The position numbers were made by a program, and so were the translations under genes. Shown piece by piece: positions 10,861 to 24,400 of a DNA stretch of 64,000 nucleotides. The notes below the pieces were generated by a model. The model saw nothing but the letters and a program-made list of their open reading frames with translations. It searched no databases and had not been told where the DNA came from. The stretch covers positions 2,542,001 to 2,606,000 of the forward strand of contig JBHGNT010000005.1 in NCBI GenBank assembly GCA_043228905.1. Reading direction: 5' to 3'. Position 1 is the stretch's first letter. The number at the start of each line of letters is the position of its first letter. This DNA comes from Azolla caroliniana. Lineage: Eukaryota > Plantae > Polypodiophyta.

Positions 10861-11487
10861 TGTCGTGAAGAAAACCGGCCATAGGCGGAATTGGAGAAGA
10901 AAGCGCATGAACCGGCTCTTACACGGATGGACGCGTGACTTGATGTTTTGTACCCAATTCATAAATGAATCGGTGGGTGAAAAATACTAGGAGGCACATG
11001 TTTATCAGGGGGATTGTGCGTATCCCTGTCAAGGGGGACAGGGAATAAAGGGAAGAGGACAAGAGAAAACGGGTATCGCGCGCGAGGAGGAGGGAAGCAT
11101 TGCTGCAGAACGGAGGGTCGAGCTCTCTCTCTTCTATTCCAATCGTCGCTCAATGCGGGTGTCGGGAGGTCACTGCCTCTACTTCGTGGACAGCCCGTGT
11201 GCTTCCAACAAAGTCGCTCCCTTTCCCCTTTTGTTTCTTCGAGTCGTGTGACTTTCGTCGGTGTGCGTGAGTAGGGTCCTCGTGTCAGGTCCGTCACCGC
11301 CTTGTCGGTTGTAACTATCGGAGTTTGTAATCTCTTGTCATTATAATTAAGTGTTACGTTCTATCTCTCTCTTTCTCGCTTCTACGTGTCGGTGAATCTC
11401 TCTCTCTGTCTCTCTCTCTCTCGCTCCTCGATCCAAGACCCTCGTGGTCCCGCCCCTTTCTACACGTATGCGCGTAACAACGCGACA
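10861..11487 (+). repeat. Gypsy 3' LTR
   Basis: Preceded by the PPT-like GGTGGGGTGGA. TG...CA termini; similar to, but visibly diverged from, 4634-5278. Confidence 0.95.
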
Positions 11488-13974
11488 ACGTGCTTCAACC
11501 CCTTTACCAAGAAGGTACGAGTGAGTAAGGATGTCGTATTCAATGAGTCGGCATCCTGGTACACAGTTGACTCAACTCCATCTGACCTAATTAAAACCGA
11601 TTTCGACATAATCGACTCGGAGGGGGAGGATCGACAAAGGCTTACAACAGAGGAAAGTCCAATCTCAACCAGGTTGAGTGGACCACAGGAGCCTCCAAGC
11701 GACCAAAGCACGTCACAGCCAAGTCCAAAGAAGGACAAAGGTAAGGCCAAAATGCTTGAGTACGAAGACTCAGAAGAAAAAAAATCGGATCACTCACCCG
11801 ATAGTGAGTATGGTAGAATGGATGTTCCTAACATGAGGGCACCATGAGAACCGCTTCGCTCCACCCGAAAGCAGAACGTAATCAGCCGATTCGGCTATAA
11901 TGACTACATGGCATATCACTACGCATTGATGATGAAGGTGGCTATAGTCCGACAACCGAAAAAACTTTACGAAACCGTGAAGGACCCGTGATGGGTTGAA
12001 GCAATGAATGAGGAGATGCAAGCACTCTCCAAAAATGAGACATCGGATCTCGTCCTTCTTCACCCCATCAAAAGGCAATCGGGTGTCGATGGATATTCAA
12101 GGTGAAGCACAATACCGACGACATCATTAATCGGTATAAGGCCCGACTTGTAGCAAAACGGTATGCACAGACTCATGGGGTCGATTATAAAGAGACCTTT
12201 GCCCTGGTGGCAAATATTCCTACCATTTGAACTGTGATCGCGCTTGCAGCAACGAAAGGGTGGCACCTCCACCAAATGGATGTAAAGAATGCCTTCTTTC
12301 AAGGCGAGTTAGAAGAGGAGGTATACATGGTATAACCACCCGGATTCAAGTCGATTATGCATCCGGCTGCTGTCTGCCAACTCAAAAAGCCTCTCTATGG
12401 CCTCAAGCAGGAACCGAGAGCATGGCATTCGAAGATAACTCAATATCTTCACCAAATAAGTTTCAATATGTCCAAGTCGGACAATTCTCTGTTCATCCGG
12501 AGCAACTCCAAAGAACATTTGTTCATCATAATTTATGTGGACGACTTGGTCATTGGAGGAGAGCACATCGGGGATATCGAACATACCAAGAAGCTACTCT
12601 TCGACCGATTCGAAATGAAAGACATGAAGGAGCTCCATTACTTTCTAGGGATAGAAGTAATTCGAACACCTATCAGCATCATGATCTCCCAACGACACTA
12701 TATCCTCAATCTTCTCTACAAGTTTGGGATGGCAAAGTGTAAGCCTGTTGCAACCCCTCTTGATCGAAACCTAAAACTAGAAGCTGAGTCTGGCACAAAA
12801 GAGTGTGCGTCGACTCGTTATCGTCAGTTAATCGGAAGACTAATCTATCTCACCATCACCCGACCCGATCTCAATTACTCGGTCCGCCTCCTTAGCCAAT
12901 TCATGCAGACTTTGCGTGACATTCATCTCGACTGTGCTAAGTGAGTACTAAGATATGTGAGTGGGACCATGGATTTCGGCATCCTCTATAAATCGGCCAC
13001 ACTGATTCGACTCGAAGGGTACACTGATGTCGATTGGGCAAGCTACAAAGCCGACAGACAATCAACATCAAGATTCTTCTTCTCCTTCGGCAGCAAAGCC
13101 ATGTCGTGGAGCAGTAAAAAGCAGTCCATAGTCACACTGTCGAGCACAAAAGCCGAATACATGGGCACAACCCTCACAGCATGTGAAGTCGTTTGGCTCA
13201 AGCGAATCTTGACGGATCTGGGCGTTCCCATCAAGGATCTAATTCTCTTATATTGCGATAACATGAGCAACATCCACTTGGCTCGAAACCCACTATCCCA
13301 CGATTGGACTAAGCACATTGAGGTGCACTATCAATTAATCCAAGAATGTGTCCTGGTTGGAGATGTCAACCTGCAACACATCAGCATGAATCTGCAGACG
13401 GCTGACATCTTCAGAAAGGCCCTCGGGACCGACAAGTTGCGACAGTTCACGATGAACCTTGGTCTCTTCACCGCTGACCAACCGAGCTTGAGGGAGAGTA
13501 TGGAACCAACTAACACGACGTCGATCGAAGACCAGACCAAGTGAGCCAGCTATCGAAAGCCGACCCAAAGACCAGTTCGAACCAACTTTTCGACGATTGG
13601 AAGTTGTGTTTGAGGGGGCATGTTGAGAATCAAACTCAACTTCCTTAGTGTGAGAATGCACCCTAGTATACTCAAGTGTGAACACCCCACCTCTTAATAT
13701 AGTAATTAGTGTGTCATAGAACCTTAAAGTTCTATGACACATATTTAGTGTAGTTAAGTCTCCACCACTCTTTAGTAAGTGGTGGTTGTATAGAGAGAAG
13801 GTGACTACATAAGCTCCTCTCCCATCCTCTTTGTAAATGTTAATCGGTTGTCTTATTCTTGTTAATATAGTTTTCGGTTTTCTATATAACTCTGCTTTCT
13901 TTCTTTCTCTCTCTCGACTACACACACACATACACACACCTTCCGCTGCACATAATCATTTGTGATTCTTTACA
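11488..13974 (+). mobile_element. Ty1/Copia 3' half (integrase C-terminus, RT, RNase H, PPT, 3' LTR); 5' half missing
   Basis: CFNPFTKKVRVSKDVVFNE, LYGLKQEPRAW, YVDD and KHIEVHY. PPT TGAGGGGGCA at 13611-13620. Same family as 43705-54554. Confidence 0.93.
13621..13974 (+). repeat. Copia 3' LTR
   Basis: TGTTGAGAATCAAACTC...GATTCTTTACA; homologous (inverted) to 43705-44059. Confidence 0.9.
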
Positions 13975-14039
13975 TCAACATTATAAGTCAACAATGTTAT
14001 AGTTGTTGTCGGCCAATTGGGTACCCTACGTCGTATCAT

Positions 14040-14620
14040 CTCCCTTCCCAATCAAGCGGAATATTGTAAAAACGGAATCGGCCTAACATCCTCTCTAGAA
14101 TATGATGTAGGTAGCCACTTCCATTCCCTTGGGTCCCATTCCAATTCACAAAATGGTTTTTTCCCCACTACCCATATATCCCACCATGGATGAACATCAT
14201 TAGGATCAAGGTCAAGGACCCAAACCTTATCTTCTTGGGGAATCATCCCTAATCGTCCATCCTGTAGAACATCATAACTTAAGAAAGTATCATCATCTCT
14301 AAGGCCACGGCCTCCAAGTAAAACCTGAAATTTTAAAAGTATATTATCCTTCAAGGGTAATTGCAACTTCCTTAACTCATCAACTATCACCTTTCCTCCT
14401 CTTATTCCTCGATATTCCTATTGAATAATATGAGTAGGATTGTGACCAAATTTTTGCCAATTACTAAGCGATGAGGCAAAAGATGAATACACTTGAGCTC
14501 AAGTTAATCAGACTCTCCCCCCCAACATAGATTCGTCATCATCTAGAAATAAAGGATTCCAAACCAAGGTTTGATGTAAAGTGGGTCGGACTTGTTGCAA
14601 ATTATCCTTTAGGAACCACC
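14040..14620 (-). pseudogene. Degenerate LINE ORF2 C-terminal fragment
   Basis: ORF 14052-14390 (WELEWDPREWKW-like, PIPFLQYS) plus upstream QTLVWNPLFLD, resembling the region after RT in plant L1-like elements. Confidence 0.5.
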
Positions 14621-14628
14621 TGGCTCAT

Positions 14629-15215
14629 TGTTGGAACCAACTGTCAGTGTGTGGAACAAGAATCATCAATCTTTGTAGAAGATCTCAAGTAGGTGGCAAA
14701 CAGTAACATATGTTACAAGTAAAAGCAACTTAATCAAAGACAAGATCACTAGGAAGAGAGAGACAGAGAGAAGAAGTACACCACGATAGGCACAAGAGTA
14801 TGTAATTGTATATTTCTTTCAATGTGTTGAGATATCAAGCTCAACTAGGTTTAGTTATTTAGTCAACCATGTAACTTAGCGGTTACATAATTAGAATCTA
14901 GTTAGAATTGTTGACCTTAAAGCCTTAAATAAGATTTTGTACTTAGTGGGGATACATTCTAGATCCTCCACTACCAAGTTCATTGAATATAGGATTTACA
15001 TCCTTATACTTATATTCTTCTCACACATGTGCACCCTTGCACATGAGATGTATATATACCTCATTGTGGGTATCTTTGTTCTTTGATGCTTATTAATATA
15101 GAGAAAAGTCTTTAGCTACACTCTTGTTAATCATCCCCCATCTTGTCTTATTGTTCATGAGTGTTCTTTCTCTCTTTCTCTCTTTCTCTCATACTCTTCC
15201 GTGATTAACTTCACA
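14629..15215 (+). repeat. LTR-like insertion interrupting the LINE relic
   Basis: TGTTGG/TGTGGA start, TATATATA box near 15051, CT-rich tail ending TTCACA. No TSD found. Confidence 0.3.
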
Positions 15216-15339
15216 TACACACACATCACATAATCTTCCATTGCTTAATCACATACGTGATTAACTATTCACATAATTAGATACTAATTAACCCTTAGTT
15301 AATTACCTAATTATTAACACTTACTAACCTTGGTTCTCC

Positions 15340-16500
15340 TATCCAATGCATACTTTTTAAACTTGCAATCCTTACTATTAATTTTCAATCCCTTAAGGGT
15401 CATCTTATTTGAATAAAAAATAGTACGATGTTTCTTTGCATGATGCATGAATCGATTAATCATACTATTTCTACCCAGACCTTATTAAGAGTACTATGCA
15501 CATCTGGAGCATTTGTTTCCTAATTAAAGTAGTGATTAGAATTAAACCCACTCTCTAAATATTTTGCCCTTGATCTAGTTACACACCCATTGTAGTTATG
15601 GGGATCCTCCCTTGATGAGTGACAAATTTCAACAGTCACAATTTGCAACAAGTTAACCTCTTCCCTACTTTTTTCCACATTAGAGTCATCTTGAAGGGCC
15701 GTGTGACATTCCTTTTTGCATATACAACTAATGGCAAGTTTTTATCTCCCTTCATCCCTAAATCCTCATTATTGTGCACCAAGGTATGATTATCCTTAGT
15801 ATGAGCCTGACCCACCACAGAGTCTAGTGAATTATTAGCTCCTATATTCATCGAAGAAGTAGAAAGGTTACGATCTATAATATGATCCATATCGGTTTTA
15901 TGTTTGGTAATGGAAGCTCCATCTACCTCCTCCGCACTCAATGGCAGCAATCGAATCAATGCAGGAAGAACCATATTGCTATGACCTAACAACTGTATTA
16001 TTGTTGTATTCTGATTTTTTTGAATTAAATCTATCAATTTCTACATCATCATCTATCAATTGCCCAATTGTGGCCACAATATCCTTTATTATTGGACGTC
16101 ACTCTTTGGGTAAGGCCGGGAACATAACAAAGAAAACAAATCAACAATTAACTCTCTCAAGCCATCTAAATCGAATCTTGCATACCATTTAAAAAATTGC
16201 ATCCATATTCCTTTTATCTTAACACTACCCAACAAAAACAATTTATCCATTATATCACCACTATTAAATTCAATGAGGTAGTAGCCCTTACCTAGAAATT
16301 GGATGTCGATTATTTATGCTAACTCACCTTGCAACCGAGCTTGTAGTAGATGACGCAACTCAACCCAATTTGGACGACCTCCCACATCATAAATAACAAT
16401 CGAATGTTGTTGTAGGCGATCCCCCTCTGCATGTAACTTCTGTTCTGCAACAGTAGAGACACAGAGCTTGCTTGTGGAATTATGTTTGCATTATCGAAAT
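15340..16500 (-). pseudogene. Degenerate L1-like LINE ORF1 (DUF4283-like) and start of the endonuclease
   Basis: Minus-strand DIQFLGKGYYLIEF near 16270-16310, low-complexity ORF 15636-16037, endonuclease-like remnants at 15340-15610. Confidence 0.5.
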
Positions 16501-18469
16501 TGCATTCTTAGCTTCATAAGAAGCCTTATCCTTATATTTAATTTGATGACTCCTATCCAACATTGGGATTTAATTTGCAGCCTACAATTTCGTGGCACGT
16601 GTATTTTGGAAAACCAACAATCTTTTGCAATGAGAAATTCCTAAATTGGTTGCCCATTGACATGCGAAATTCTTTGTTAATTGTCTAAAGAAATAAGTGT
16701 AATGGTGCATTTTAATAAACTCACATGAAAATTGTAGAAAATGCACAACTCGGGAATGTAAAGGAGAATTATATAATGACTAACAACTTATCATTCCCTA
16801 AACCCTAAACATGAATTCATCCCAAAATGATTAAATTACACTTGTAGCCCATGTGTGTAGTAGTGAGGAATACCTCGACGTCACGAAGAACTAAAATGTT
16901 ATGCATACACACACTCACATTTGATATTCCATTTATTTTTAGATGATGAGAATTATCCTTGTTACTTGCTAAAAGCTAGGAACCTATATTATAGATTATC
17001 GTCATTATATAATTCTACATAGACCACATGAATTATGGCATAAGTAATGTTATGTTTTGGACATTCAATTTACAAAGTTATTTGTCTATAGGCAATTGGC
17101 ATATTTTCTCCCTATCCATGTCAACAAGTAAAATTCTCTCAATTGCGTCATATGATACTTTCAAAATGTTTTTCCATGTCATGGGACATTTTCCAATGCT
17201 TTGGACTTGTGAATGGTCGTCAAACTCGACCATTGCTCCTATCAATCAATCTCTGTCAAGCACTCAAGTGTGCGAATGACAAGGAGTAAAGAAATTCCAA
17301 CCATTCTCTATTGTAGTACCCACAATCATTTGTCGTATTTGCTATTATGTACCCCTTCGCCCATACAAAATATGGTTATCAATGGCAAAAACCCATGCTT
17401 GGAAGGTTATTGATGCTTGACAACTTGTTCTCAAATAATGTTGGGATCAAACAAAGAAAGTGACCCCTTTTGGAGTATGGTTGTTAGTGGCACAAACTAT
17501 TAATGATGACAAATTGTTAAGACTTGGAATTTGAAGGGGCATGCATGTGTTGATTGACATGAAATCTAATGACATTCATGCTTATTTGATAATTACTACA
17601 AACACTATTGATTGATAGCCATTAAGTCAAATGGGCATGCACTTCTAATAGGCTTATATGTTGAAATAACCCATATAAAAGGCAATGGTTATTGACAATG
17701 AGTACGAACTAACCTATACCAAAACCTTCTTAATTTTTAAATATAATAGGCAAGTTTTAGCCAATGAAATTCACTTGAGAAGACTCATCACTTGTCTTCA
17801 CCATAAGGCGCGTCATTAATTATGTTGTCACCTCATAAACTTACAACCAAAAGTTGACATATTAATACATCGATTCTCACCTTCACAAGCTGAAATCCAT
17901 AGTGATAATGTGATATCCTCTACTTGTTGATGGGTGGCCTTGCCCAACGTATTGTATCTCTCTTAAGCAATGGATGAAATGAACAATGTGTTGCGTTTGT
18001 GTTGAAGAATACAGAAATGATCAATTGTGTGTATTCATGTTGGCAACTCTCTTCCCCTTTTTTTGTCATGGACTATGCAAATGGCACATCCACAATCAAT
18101 AGATGATTACTCATTCATTATTGGGATTTTCCATCAATGTGATTTTTGTGATTTATGCAATTCTCATCTTACTTCACCATTATTATTTACTATTCCCCCT
18201 TTAACTTATTTCACTCATGATGAGGTAATTTATTCTTGTAAGCAAGTGGAGGGAGACTCAAGATCTTGTCAATGTAATTAGTAAGTTTATATCAATCAAG
18301 AGGAGCTTTTGAATCATGATCATGAGCTTTTGAAAAATGTGCTTGTTTGATGTACGATGACCCATTCATGATATAAATTTATTACTATTATTCATTTTTT
18401 TCCTATTTTTACTAATAAAAAGCATTGTGTGTGTGTGTGTGTGTGTGTATACATATTGCCAACATGGGA

Positions 18470-20900
18470 ATGAAAGAGGCTAGATGTAGAAAGTCTAAGA
18501 GTCCTTGTAGATAATTGGGACTCTCATTCTCAGAAGGTAGGGAAAGTAAAACAAACCAGTGTTAATGAATCACAAGCATTAGTGTACACCACCATGGTGC
18601 AAATTCAACGCAAGTAAAGTGGAGTGTGGACCAAATGTATCGAACTGAGCAATCCCAATATCTAGTGTGGAGAGTATGCGAACTAATGTGAGAATCAACG
18701 GTGTGACCTCATGGTCACATTTGTTGTGGAAATTTGACACAAAGGCCTTGTGTTAAGCTTCTTGTAGGTGTCAAAGGAACTCATAAAACAAACCTCATTA
18801 CGTAAATTAGGATGTGGGAACTAAAATATTTCTAAACTCCATTAACATAAAGACCCATGACAAGAGAAGAATGTATTTGGTTGATGGGGATCCAATAGTA
18901 GGAGACATTTTTAACTATAATAGAGGCAACAAGAATGATTAAAACTCTATGTACACCTCATAGTATTAAGGATTTTTCTAGAGAAAGAGATGTGGAGCTT
19001 GTGAAGAGTATATTTGTGTGTAAACTAGGAAGTCCTCAATAGCGGAATTTATCAACACTTCTCGATACTCAAGCATAATCTAATGAGGATGAAGACTTGT
19101 TTTTGCAATGATTGGAGTATGTTAAATGGTGGAATGTGCTAAAGTAGAGTTGAAAAACTTTTCAAGATACAATAAGTCAACTCGATCATCTTGTGGCAAT
19201 ATATGAACCAATGAAGATGTTACTCTAATGGGTGATTGTGGCCTATGATGGCTAATAATGTCATGCGAGAACTCATAATCCGTTGTCATGGAGGACTCCG
19301 GCCATTAGGAGAAAGGTCTATCGGACGCGTGTGAACGAGGGTGTGCAAGGATGCACGTGAATGAGGACTTGTGTATAAACATTTGTAAATATCACATTAT
19401 AATAAGTACAAAACATGAGTATTTTAATAGGTACTTTATGATCGCGCGAATAGAGGGGAATAAAGGTGAGTGATGGCAAGGAATCATGGGAGGATCTTTG
19501 ACCCAAATTGTTGTCTTAACAGCCTAATGTAACACCGACCCTCCCTCTCCTTGGAGCTATAAAAGGACGGGAGGGAGTGTGCTTTGGGGATCCATCGTTT
19601 TGGAGGAGAAGAGGTTGTCGGTTTGCACTCTGAAGGGACGGTTTTCTGCTTTGTTTTGTGCTAGTTCGGATAGATAGGCATGAGGCCTCTGCTCGCATAG
19701 GAAGCCCATGTGCTTTCGACCAAAGGATCACCAGTCAGTACATTTGTTGAGCTCGAAGCTCTGTTTACCGGCCCGGCAGGCCATTCTTTGTATTCTTTCC
19801 TGTGAATCGATTATTGACTTTGTTGTATCCGGGTACTCTTCTTGTGTTCCCTACTCCTGTCTTTCTCTGTGTTGTGTCCATTTTTGTTTCATATCTTTCC
19901 ACCTCCTTTCTCGTGTATCTATTTTGGTATGTGAGCCCATGTGCTCATTTAGGGAATCCGACAACTGAGCTAATTAGTCACTGCAGGCTTTGTGGTCTCT
20001 CTCTCTCGCTCCTTAGTTCAAGGCCCCAGTGGTCCCACCCGATCCAACACATACACGCGGATATCTGTGACACCGTAAATATTTCTCCCATAATGAGATT
20101 GGATGTTTTCCTACTAATGATAACTTTCGTGCATCGAAGGAAATATGTCATCCTAGTGAAATAATCCACCATGATCAAAATGACATCAAAACCTTTGGAA
20201 GAATGGAGAATGTGCTAAATTATAGTGGAAAAACTTTGCAAAATGCAATAAGTCAACTCAATCATCTAGTTGGTAGTGGATGAAATAATGAAGATATTGC
20301 TATAATGTGTGATTGTGGCTTACGATTGCTAATATGTCATATGGGAACCCATAATCCTGGAATATTTCTCACATAACCTCATTGGTTGTTTTCCTACTAT
20401 TGATAACCTTCGTGCATGGAAGGAAATGTGCCATCCTAGTGAAATAATCCACCATTATCAAAATGGCATCAAAACATTAAGAAGAAGGGAGATTTGTAAT
20501 GAAATACAAAGAGATGTATTTTCATTGACCATTTGAAATCAACAATGTCTACAACAGTCAATATGGTATGTCAAGACATCCTATATAAACGTATACATTG
20601 CATGTGCAAGCGTAGTCTTCGACAAAATTATAAAGCTAGTAATTATGATTAACTAGGTCAACTGCCTTTAAACTCCAAATTGCCCAACCACTACATGCCA
20701 TTTTTGTACCACAAGACTAGGAGGTGAGAAGGGCTATTGCAACATACAAAAAGTTCTTTCCAAAGAGAACCCCGTCATGGCAAGTGAATTTATCATTATC
20801 CTTATGAGAATTCTTGGATCAATAAGAAGCAAGATCCAGAAAAATATGATCTAACATGGATGAAGTCAAGAAGGCTCAAATTTTCAAGTGCATCGTATAA
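18470..20900 (-). pseudogene. Degenerate chromovirus-type Gypsy integrase (and possible chromodomain) relic, partly duplicated and interrupted by a solo LTR
   Basis: MVDYFTRMTYFLRCTKVIISRKTSNLIMGEIF (20073-20178) is repeated at about 20365-20470 with a YGFP..IVS-like continuation. KKLN.R and PSENE..P-like remnants lie toward 18500-18800. Confidence 0.55.
19284..20072 (+). mobile_element. Solo LTR related to the Trp-primed Gypsy, with 4-bp TSD CCGT
   Basis: TGTCATGG...CTGTGACA flanked by CCGT (19280-19283 and 20073-20076). CTATAAAAGG TATA box. The 3' end CTCTCTCGCTCCT...CAAG.CCCC..TGGTCCC.CCC matches the Gypsy LTR end. Confidence 0.9.
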
Positions 20901-21190
20901 AATTGTAGCTTTATTTTTCCAAAGAAAAGATACACCTTGGTATTATAAAATCATTAGCAATACAAAAGTTGATGGCTGGTTCGGTGAGAACAACAAAAAT
21001 TGTAGCTTTATGTATTGACCTAAATGAAGAATCACTCAATCTCCAAACCTTACAAAATAACCAATAACAAACACAACCTCTTAAGACATTTGAAGAGTAG
21101 AATTTCGTTGATATTATACACGAGATGTGGTTACAAGGTCATTAGTGTTGGTGGTTCTTCTTTGCCATTATCATGAGTTTATGCTAATTA

Positions 21191-21400
21191 TGTTGATCTG
21201 CCTTCATGAGGAATCTCTTGATCTTTGCCCCATGCAAAATAGTCACTAAGAGACACTAGAAGTCTGGTTCATCCAACAAAGTCATTAGAGTTGGTGCTCA
21301 TTCTATGTCAATGTTGTGAGTTTCTGCCATGTATGTTGATCTGCCTTAATGAGGAATCTCTTGATCTTCGCACCATGCAAAATAGCCACTAACAGACACA
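21191..21400. repeat. About 67-bp direct repeat, period 143 bp
   Basis: TGTTGATCTGCCTT.ATGAGGAATCTCTTGATCTT.GC.CCATGCAAAATAG.CACTAA.AGACAC at 21191 and 21334. Confidence 0.85.
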
Positions 21401-24400
21401 AATACTAAAAATATTGGAAGGTAGTTGTGTGAATATTATTTCAAGGCTAAACTATTCTCTATATCACCAAGAAGGATGACAATGGTACCGTGAGTGGCAC
21501 CCTACCTCAATCGCTCTTTCTTGCCCCTCTCACCTACATTTCATCGTGCACATACTACACAAGTTTGGGCACAATGTGATGGAAAGACTTAGTGAATGAC
21601 CATAGTTTATCATGGAAAAATAGGTCGTTATGCATAGGTTACCATAGAAACGTGAAGACACATTGGTTCAAGGAAAGGGCTAACTTAGCTCTGAGACGAA
21701 GGAGGATAAGACAAGTTCAATATATTTAATCACTTTGGAAAATGTGTATATTATAGACAACACCATCAATGAGTTCACAATGGCTTTATCCATAACCTTC
21801 TTTTGCCACAACTATGAACTAACACAAATCACAATGTTGCATTATTTGTTATTTATGTAGCTTGTCCGCTAGATATGAGATGGGAAATGTATATGGTTTT
21901 ATGTATATCAATTAGGAGGTATATATGATGCATCTAATGGCATAATTAGTTTAGTTTTCTTTCTCTTGGTTTATTGTCCTTTGGTAGGAGATTGTTAGAA
22001 TCAATGCACGTAAAAATCCAAATATCCAAACTAGCCTAACGAGAGTATGTTACATGCAAAACCTTAACATCTTACTTAGGGGTATATTAGGAATTGAGGA
22101 ATTGATATGTTTATGGTTGGAACTTGGAACAAAGGATTGTCACATAAGCACAAAGAGCAAATCTATTCAAAAGAAGCATCAACTCTTTCCACCTTTTTCG
22201 TAAGAAATTTTAGAGACGCTCCATGTTACTAAGAAATTGATCCTTCTTCTATAATAACAATCTATGAATAGTTTTCTTATAAAAAAAAAACTTCATTGGT
22301 AATCATATTCGTGACTATTCTGAAAATGTGTTGTTAATCATGTTGATAATGTTAATCAACATCATAGGATGCACCCGGCGACATAACAAGATCTTGTTTT
22401 TTCCAAGAGCAATGACTTACACACGAATGCAATCAAATGAAATTGTCACGTTGACATGCATGTGCATAAACAATTAATGTTGCTCATTAATGATTAATGA
22501 AAATGAATAGCATGCAAATAAAATATCCAAATATTTTAATTCGTGAATAATGTAGATTATTGTCGATGTTGGCTTTGTTGGTAGCCAAGCCAACCTTTGC
22601 TTTAGTAACTTCAATAATTATATTTTAACAATTAAACCACTTTACTTTTAGACAATTCCTTGAACTATGGCCCATAATATGATATATATAATAATATATA
22701 TATATCCATTTAATAATCTCGTATAGCTTGTATTGAACCACATACGCTCATTCATATTCATACTCATATATTCAAAAGTCGGTTCACACTTATTTAACTT
22801 TTCCTCAATGGAATCCTATAATTGTGGTTCAACTCGTTGGAACTACATACACAATAGCATATTTGAAAGTCATCTTACACTTTACAAATCTTTGCCAATT
22901 TGGATCGTTATGTGTGAATGAGTCCAAATCGAAGGAAGACTCCTCCATAAATGTTTTAAAGATTCATGTTCAAATCTAGAAAATTACTTTTTGAAAATAA
23001 AAGGAGAGTCTTGACTCTTCTCCCATCTTCAATTAAAATAATATGTGGAAAAATAAGGCAATTTAAGATAATGTCACCTTAAAGTTGCTACATATAGCTA
23101 AGGGAAGTGTAGCTCTCCTATTTACATAACGATTGCACCCAACTCATCAATGCTATAGTGGCCCTTGGTAGTTTTGACAAAAATAAACTTTAAAGTGGAC
23201 CCTTCTTTCGTTTTGGGCTTTAAACTTTAGGGTAGTGGACCCAATTTACATAAGTCACTAAATGTTAATGTGCATATGGATATGGTTTCTTGAGGTGGGT
23301 GATGTGGCATACACAAGGGTGCGTTGAAGGAGTGGCATGACTTTCAATTTTTTCTTAGGTTTGTTGATTGTATGTCATGTAAAGCCTCGTGGTGGAAAAG
23401 GTAACCTCGATCTAATGGCCCTAGACACTCTGTTGGTGATAAAGTTGGATGAGAGCAATGCCTTTCCAAAATATTGTGACATCATAAGTGCAACAATGTG
23501 TGCTTTTCCCAATGTTTGAGTGAATATAAAGAGGAATGAGTTTCAACACCATTATTCTATGGAGTTATGACAATACGAAGTTAGTGAAATAGAGAAATAT
23601 ATGCATGAAACTAGCTTAATAGGCATTACAATCATGGATTATAAAGGTGCCCATTTGGTCAATGTTAAAGTGTTATTGTCGTGGATCGGGGCCTTCATGC
23701 TTAAGTTCAACCAAGTTGTTACGTCATTTACAATTCTTTAAGATAAATAAAAAATTTCAACAATCAAGTCAATGTTAAATTAATATCATTATGGAGTGGG
23801 GCATATAATATATATATATATATTACCAAGTTGTTTTGGCATTTTCATCTTGGTGGACCAAATCAAAATCCGTAATGGCAATTTTCATACTTTTGGTAAT
23901 CAAGATGCAATCTTGTGTTTTTGGGGGAAAAAAAGAAAGAAAGATGCAATCTTGTTCTAAACAATGTTGGGGCGTGTCATATCCGAGATGTGGTCCTACA
24001 TTAAAAAGAGGCCATTGTTTAGAATGGAGCAAACCTTATTTTTTTGGTTATGTGAGGCTTATTCTAGTACATTTGGTTCTTCATAACATTGAAAAAGATA
24101 AAGACTATGCTTGGATGTTCGCACTATGGTCAATATGCTCTATAAATTCACATTATTTAAAATTGTGAACTATCAATGTCATAACATGTAGACATTCATA
24201 ACCTCTATAGTGTAGTAGTTGAGGATGTAGGGAAAAGTGTTGAGGTTTTCATATCACAAGTCACGAGTCTCCAATGTGATCCTTTATGGAAATGTCTTAT
24301 GTACATATTGATGAGGATGTTGAAGATACCTATTACCAAAGATTTATTTCTTGAAATGGCGAGGGTTTTGTCAAAAAGGCCTTAATGTAGTAGCACGTTA

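Larger units (their letters stand above)
4634..11487 (+). mobile_element. Ty3/Gypsy LTR retrotransposon, non-chromovirus, tRNA-Trp primed, degenerate
   Basis: Two LTRs TGTCGTG...CGCGACA, PBS and PPT. Domain order gag(CCHC)-PR(LVDHGSEINLM)-RT(DLYSGY, LPQGGTNS, FLDD)-RH-IN(YNPEANGKVERGH, WFGPY). No chromodomain seen. Confidence 0.95.
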
